Shown here: positions 38,012-42,778 of the stretch, in pieces | Layout of the letters: each line of letters starts with the position of its first letter | Position numbering within the stretch: the first letter of the stretch is position 1 | Sequence record: SRR31156797_3857 | Direction: 5' to 3' (one strand) | DNA length: 42,778 nucleotides | The notes under the pieces: model-generated | Told to the model about the DNA's origin: nothing | The model's input: the letters and a program-made list of their open reading frames with translations, nothing else | Databases searched by the model: none | Program-made: the position numbers and the translations under genes

Positions 38012-39124
38012 GTGAGTGATTTATTTTCACAAAGCCGCATCGGTAACATGGTGTTAAAAAACCGATTTGTACGCAGTGCGACTTGGGAGAACATGGCGAC
38101 GGAAGATGGCCACATGACCGATAAGCTTTACGCTATCTATGAAGAACTCGCAAAAGGCGAAGTTGGTCTTATCGTCACTGGTTATGCCAACATTGTAGAA
38201 GAGGAAAAACCCAACGCAGGTATGATGGGCATCTACAATGACTCCTTCATTGATGAGTATTCAAAGCTGACGGAACAAGTTCACCAATACGGCGCTAAAA
38301 TCGTTATGCAAATTGCCTATGGTGGAACGAAAACCACCTATAACGTTGGCGAACGCGTTATTTTTGCCCCTAGTAATGTGTGTGAGAAAAGCACTCAGAC
38401 TCAAGGCAAAGAAATGACTAAAGATGAGATTACTTACATCGTCAACGCGTTTGCCGATGCTAGCCTAAGAGCAAAGAAAAGTGGCTTTGATGGTGTAGAA
38501 ATTCACGCCGCACATACCTACCTCATTAATCAATTTCTCAGTCCATACTACAACCAACGTACAGACGAATACGGCGGTAGTTTAGAAAATCGAATGCGCT
38601 TCCTGCTTGAGATAGTCAGCGAGACTAGAAAGTTAGTCGGTGAAGACTTTCCTATTCTTATTAAGCTAACCGCCACTGAGTTTTTTGACGGGGGCTTAAC
38701 CTTTGAAGAAACCCGAACTATCTGTAAAACTCTCGAACAGATTGGTGTCGATGCACTGATCATTTCCGGCAACATCCACGGTAAAGCCAACACGATGATC
38801 GGTGAAAGCTTTGATGGACATAAGATTCAGGATGAAGGTTTTTTCCATGAGTATGGTGCAGTGATCAGTGAAGAGGTCAAGATTCCGGTGATTACTGTCG
38901 GCGGATTAACTGACATTAACGCCATAGAATCTTTAGCGGAAAATACCAATATTCAATACTTTGCCTTATCTAGACCACTTTTATCTGAGCCATGTCTAAT
39001 CAAGCGCTGGATGGAAGGAAACCGCGAGCCCGCGGTTTGTGAAACTTGCTCGAAATGTCGAACAAAGCGTGGCAACTTCTGCGTAACCAATAAAGACAGA
39101 AAACGAGAACTAGCGAAGCTTTAA
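38012..39124 (+). CDS. NADH:flavin oxidoreductase (old yellow enzyme family) with a C-terminal Cys cluster
   Basis: LKNRFVRSAT, GFDGVEIHAAHTYL..QFLSP..N.RTDEYGGSLENR and CETCSKC...C motifs; GTG start after SD GAGGAG. Confidence 0.92.
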   Translation: MSDLFSQSRIGNMVLKNRFVRSATWENMATEDGHMTDKLYAIYEELAKGEVGLIVTGYANIVEEEKPNAGMMGIYNDSFIDEYSKLTEQVHQYGAKIVMQIAYGGTKTTYNVGERVIFAPSNVCEKSTQTQGKEMTKDEITYIVNAFADASLRAKKSGFDGVEIHAAHTYLINQFLSPYYNQRTDEYGGSLENRMRFLLEIVSETRKLVGEDFPILIKLTATEFFDGGLTFEETRTICKTLEQIGVDALIISGNIHGKANTMIGESFDGHKIQDEGFFHEYGAVISEEVKIPVITVGGLTDINAIESLAENTNIQYFALSRPLLSEPCLIKRWMEGNREPAVCETCSKCRTKRGNFCVTNKDRKRELAKL

Positions 39125-39133
39125 ACCCGCTAC

Positions 39134-39162
39134 AAAAACAGCCCCTGAATAAGGGGCTGTTT
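39134..39162. terminator. Bidirectional terminator
   Basis: aaacagcccct-gaata-aggggctgttt. Confidence 0.85.
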
Positions 39163-39188
39163 ATTATGAACAATGCTTAGAAATTAGC

Positions 39189-40451
39189 TCAAGAAGCTTT
39201 ATCTGAACCAACGACTTGAGAGCCGTCTTTCGCTTCAGACTGTTCAATTTTGTCATCGTTTTCAGCATTTTCTCTGAATAGCTCTGCAACGCTGGTGCGC
39301 TCCAGAGTTCCTTTCAGATTGCCTTCTTCATCAACAACTGGAAGGGAGTAATCACTTGACATACTGTCCGTCAATACCGTTTCAATTGCAGCATCCGGCG
39401 AGATAACCGCAACCTCTTCATATATTTCTTCACTAATATGTTGTGAGCCTTTGGAATGGTCATCCACCGCTTGTTCCAAGGCATCTTGAGTCAGAATACC
39501 TTGATAACCTTCTTCCGTTACATGGTAAGCATAATCGTGCTTCGAACGCTTCATTTGTTGTAAAGCTTCATCGATGGTTTTCGCTGTAATACGGTATGAA
39601 GGTGGCAGCATTACTGTTTCAACCGTCAGAGCTCTCGCACGGTTTACGTCTTTAACGAAGGCTTCTACATAATCGTCCGCCGGATTAAGCAGAATGTCAT
39701 CTGGCGTCCCTTGCTGAACCAGAACACCATCTTTGAGAATGGCAATCCTGTCACCCAAACGCAACGCTTCATCCAAATCATGAGTAATAAAGATAATCGT
39801 TTTTTGCAGTTTACTTTGCAGCTCGATCAACTGATCTTGCATTTCACTGCGAATGAGCGGATCTAGTGCCGAGAACGCTTCGTCCATTAACAGGATTTCT
39901 GCGTCAGTACATAATGCTCGAGCTAAACCGACACGCTGCTGCTGACCACCAGATAGTTGTGAAGGAAACTGTTGCTCATAACCTTTTAATCCAACAGCCT
40001 CCAACCACTCAGACGCTTTTTCAAGGCGCTTTTCTTTAGGAGTCCCCTGAATTTCTAAGCCATAGGCGACATTATCAACCACGGTACGATGAGGTAACAA
40101 ACCAAAGCGTTGGAATACCATCGACATTTTATGACGTCGAAACTCTTCCAACTCTTTTTGAGACAAGCTCATCACATCAATACCTTCAACCAATATCTTA
40201 CCCTCTGTTGGGTCAATCAAACGGTTGAAGTGACGAATCATTGTCGATTTGCCTGAGCCAGACAGCCCCATAATGACGAATATCTCGCCTTTATGTATTT
40301 CCAAGTTAATATCTTTTAAACCAACGGTATGTCCCGTTTCAGCTAAAACATCTTCTTTGTTTTTACCCTGTTTAACCTGGTCTAAAACGGATAGTGGCTT
40401 TTCACCGAAGATTTTATACAGGCCACTAATACTAATTAGGGGTTTAGTCAT
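39189..40451 (-). CDS. proV: Glycine betaine/proline ABC transporter ATP-binding subunit
   Basis: GEIFVIMGLSGSGKST, LSGGQQQRVGLARAL, LMDEAFSALDPLIR and C-terminal CBS-like region. Confidence 0.93.
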   Translation of the reverse strand: MTKPLISISGLYKIFGEKPLSVLDQVKQGKNKEDVLAETGHTVGLKDINLEIHKGEIFVIMGLSGSGKSTMIRHFNRLIDPTEGKILVEGIDVMSLSQKELEEFRRHKMSMVFQRFGLLPHRTVVDNVAYGLEIQGTPKEKRLEKASEWLEAVGLKGYEQQFPSQLSGGQQQRVGLARALCTDAEILLMDEAFSALDPLIRSEMQDQLIELQSKLQKTIIFITHDLDEALRLGDRIAILKDGVLVQQGTPDDILLNPADDYVEAFVKDVNRARALTVETVMLPPSYRITAKTIDEALQQMKRSKHDYAYHVTEEGYQGILTQDALEQAVDDHSKGSQHISEEIYEEVAVISPDAAIETVLTDSMSSDYSLPVVDEEGNLKGTLERTSVAELFRENAENDDKIEQSEAKDGSQVVGSDKAS

Positions 40452-41337
40452 GATGAGAAGTTCCTAAATGAGCCTGAGTACGTTTTGCATACGCTTGTGA
40501 CGCGCGGTCGAACAGTATTGCTAATGCAACAATAGCTAAACCGTTTAACAATCCGACAGTAAAGTATTGGTTCATAATTGCTTTTAGTACTGGCTGGCCT
40601 AAACCTTTGACGCCGATCATCGATGCAATCACCACCATAGAAAGCGCCATCATAATTGTCTGGTTAATACCGGCCATAATGGTTGGCGTTGCCAAAGGTA
40701 ATTGAACGCCCCACAAACGTTGCCATTTGTTGGCTCCAAAAGCAGTCGAGGCTTCCAACACTTCTTTGTCTACCAAACGAATACCTAAGTTAGTCAGTCG
40801 AATGACAGGTGGAATTGAATAGATCACAACCGCAATCACACCTGGAATTTTGCCAATACCCAGCAGCATTACCACAGGGATCAGGTAAACGAAACCCGGC
40901 ATGGTTTGCATCACATCCAGCAAAGGCGTCACTATGGTTTGAGTGCGGTTTGATCGCGCCATCGCTATGCCAATCGGTATACCGATGACAATTGAAACCA
41001 CAGTACATACAGTGATAATACTGAGTGTACGCATGGTGTCTTCCCACATACCAAACACACCAATAAGCAGCAATGAAACTGCGCAGCCTAGCGCCATCTT
41101 CCACGACCGACTGGCCAAATACACTAAACCACAGCAAACAGCGAGGACGATAAACCAAGGCGTGTTCAGCAAAAGCTTTTCGAATGCGATAAGAAACTTG
41201 AGTAAGGGATTGAAAAAGGCACTAATGGCATCGCCATATTCACTAGAAAAATCGCGATAAGCACCATCCAGTGTTTTACGAATCGTCAGTAGAGTACTTC
41301 GATCCATCTCTGGGAAACTGGTTAACCAGCTAGACAT
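40444..41337 (-). CDS. proW: Glycine betaine/proline ABC transporter permease
   Basis: PLLDVMQTMPGFVYLIP and IMAGINQTIMMALSMVVIASMIG motifs. Confidence 0.93.
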   Translation of the reverse strand: MSSWLTSFPEMDRSTLLTIRKTLDGAYRDFSSEYGDAISAFFNPLLKFLIAFEKLLLNTPWFIVLAVCCGLVYLASRSWKMALGCAVSLLLIGVFGMWEDTMRTLSIITVCTVVSIVIGIPIGIAMARSNRTQTIVTPLLDVMQTMPGFVYLIPVVMLLGIGKIPGVIAVVIYSIPPVIRLTNLGIRLVDKEVLEASTAFGANKWQRLWGVQLPLATPTIMAGINQTIMMALSMVVIASMIGVKGLGQPVLKAIMNQYFTVGLLNGLAIVALAILFDRASQAYAKRTQAHLGTSHHD

Positions 41338-41360
41338 AATTGTGATTTCCTTTTTTCAAA

Positions 41361-41381
41361 CCCGGCACATCATGTGCCGGG
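41361..41381 (-). other. Intercistronic stem-loop between proX and proW (mRNA stabiliser)
   Basis: cccggcacat-c-atgtgccggg. Confidence 0.6.
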
Positions 41382-41411
41382 ACGAAACTTGTTGCCGATG
41401 TTTAGGTGTGG

Positions 41412-42401
41412 CTAAAGAGCTTCTTCGATTTTCTCAACCGCGTCAGCCGATACCCATTTCTGCCACATCTCTTTGTTGTTTTCTAAGAAGTGGTACATCG
41501 CCATTTCACCATCAGCCTGATTGTCTTCCATCCATGCCAATAGAGAGTTCATTTTGGCATTAGTGAAGCCACGCTTATTTAGGTATTCCATAATTTCAGG
41601 CGACTTTTGAGCAAACTTTTCTGTTGCTAAAGTATAGACGGGAGCTGACGGGAAAGGCGTTGGTTTCATGTCGGCACAATCTGTTTGAGTGATACAGTTG
41701 GTGAACATATCTTTATCAACTTCAACACCAAAATCGACTTTAACCATGTTGTACTTACCCAAAATGGCCGTCGGTGCCCAGTAGTAACCAAACCAACCTT
41801 CACCACTGTTATAAGCTTTAGCGATAGAACCTGAAAGACCCGCACTCGAACCTGGATCAATCACATGGTATCCCGCTTTGTCTAACTCAAGCGCTTTAAA
41901 TAGGTTGTTAGAACTGATTTGACAGTTCCATCCAGCCGGACACGTATAAAATGCAGCTTTATCTGGATCTTCGCTATCAGGGAAAAGCTCCGGATGTTGA
42001 CGAATACCTTCAATCGTTTTTAGCTCAGGGTGCTTTTCTACCATATATTCTGGAATCCAAAACCCCTCTTCGCCACCGTCAACCAAAGAGCGACCAGCTA
42101 AGCGAAGCTGCTTTGCCTCAACTCCCTTAGCAATTCGCTCTTTAAAAGCATTCGTCCACATTTCAGGGGCAATATCTGGCTGGCCTTTACTTTCCATTGA
42201 TGTCATAGCCGGGACAGAGTCACTGGCAATCAACTCAGCGTCACAACCATAGCCATTTTCAAGAATAAATTTGTCGATGTTCGCGATCAAAGTTGCTGAG
42301 TTCCAAGTCATGTCAGCAATGGTTACACGACCACATTCAGAAGCGTTTACTGAGCCAGAAAACGCCGCCATTGCAAGTAACGACATCATTCCTAATTTCA
42401 T
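41412..42401 (-). CDS. proX: Glycine betaine-type ABC transporter substrate-binding protein
   Basis: Signal peptide; VTIADMTWNS, DIAPEMW, EEGFWIP, CPAGWNC and YYWAP motifs. Confidence 0.9.
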   Translation of the reverse strand: MKLGMMSLLAMAAFSGSVNASECGRVTIADMTWNSATLIANIDKFILENGYGCDAELIASDSVPAMTSMESKGQPDIAPEMWTNAFKERIAKGVEAKQLRLAGRSLVDGGEEGFWIPEYMVEKHPELKTIEGIRQHPELFPDSEDPDKAAFYTCPAGWNCQISSNNLFKALELDKAGYHVIDPGSSAGLSGSIAKAYNSGEGWFGYYWAPTAILGKYNMVKVDFGVEVDKDMFTNCITQTDCADMKPTPFPSAPVYTLATEKFAQKSPEIMEYLNKRGFTNAKMNSLLAWMEDNQADGEMAMYHFLENNKEMWQKWVSADAVEKIEEAL

Positions 42402-42749
42402 ATCTAAATCCTTTCCTGGAGTATGAATTTTTCGTTTAGAGCTATTAATCTATCGCAAAATTAATTAGTACTCAAATAATTGTGACGATAAAAATGATAT
42501 TTACATCAACAATGAAACAGAATATTACATTCAAAATAGACAATAAACACCTTAAAAACAGTAAGTTAAAAAACACCCATTTAACAAGCAACTTCCATAC
42601 TCACACTTAAGTAATTAGAGTACAATTGATTTGGGCATTAATCATTTTCAATTTAATACCGAACGCGCCAACGTATTGCTGAATACCTAAAAGCAAACCC
42701 TCATTAAACAATGAAATTAAGGTCACTAAAGTGTATAAATACCTACAAT

Positions 42750-42778
42750 CTAGGGTCTGTTGACCTTTTGCGATGATT
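42750..42778 (+). mobile_element. Possible left end of a Vibrio intergenic MITE/IS-like repeat (truncated by the window end)
   Basis: CTAGGGTCTGTTGACCTTT resembles a terminal sequence I recall recurring in Vibrio intergenic regions; only 29 bp are visible. Confidence 0.35.

Noticed and set aside
1-42778. CRISPR arrays, tRNA/rRNA genes and the numerous short antisense ORFs in the track
   Set aside because: No regularly spaced repeats or structural RNA signatures were seen by eye; the short ORFs overlap well-supported genes in other frames.

Overview
A Vibrio-type (Vibrionaceae) chromosomal window with three parts. (1) 1-21.5 kb is mostly core genes: the 5' part of the DABA aminotransferase (norspermidine pathway) with a long structured leader, a short LapA-like T1SS adhesin with TolC and OmpA genes, an atypical receiver-TPR protein, nhaA, an AttEFH-like ABC/lipocalin operon, MATE, a YbjT-like SDR, DUF2913, bcr, rsuA, radD and rplY with its L25 leader. 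(2) About 21.5-36.4 kb, directly downstream of rplY, is accessory. It holds an orphan antitoxin-like peptide, a complete Lamassu-family/ABC-three-component defence operon (PD-(D/E)xK nuclease effector, middle component, Rad50-like SMC ATPase with zinc hook), and a self-contained sigma-54 stress island. The island has an orphan enhancer-binding protein whose receiver carries Glu at the phospho-Asp position, three -24/-12 promoters, a recurring TGWAAA-N3-TWCA candidate enhancer motif, and osmY/ytjA/hemerythrin/yqjDEK-like/AI-2E/DedA genes that are largely RpoS targets in enterobacteria. (3) 36.7-42.8 kb holds membrane hypotheticals, an ABM monooxygenase, an old yellow enzyme and a proXWV osmoprotectant ABC transporter. 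No rRNA, tRNA, CRISPR array or intact integrase/transposase was seen. All family assignments come from motif recognition, not database searches.
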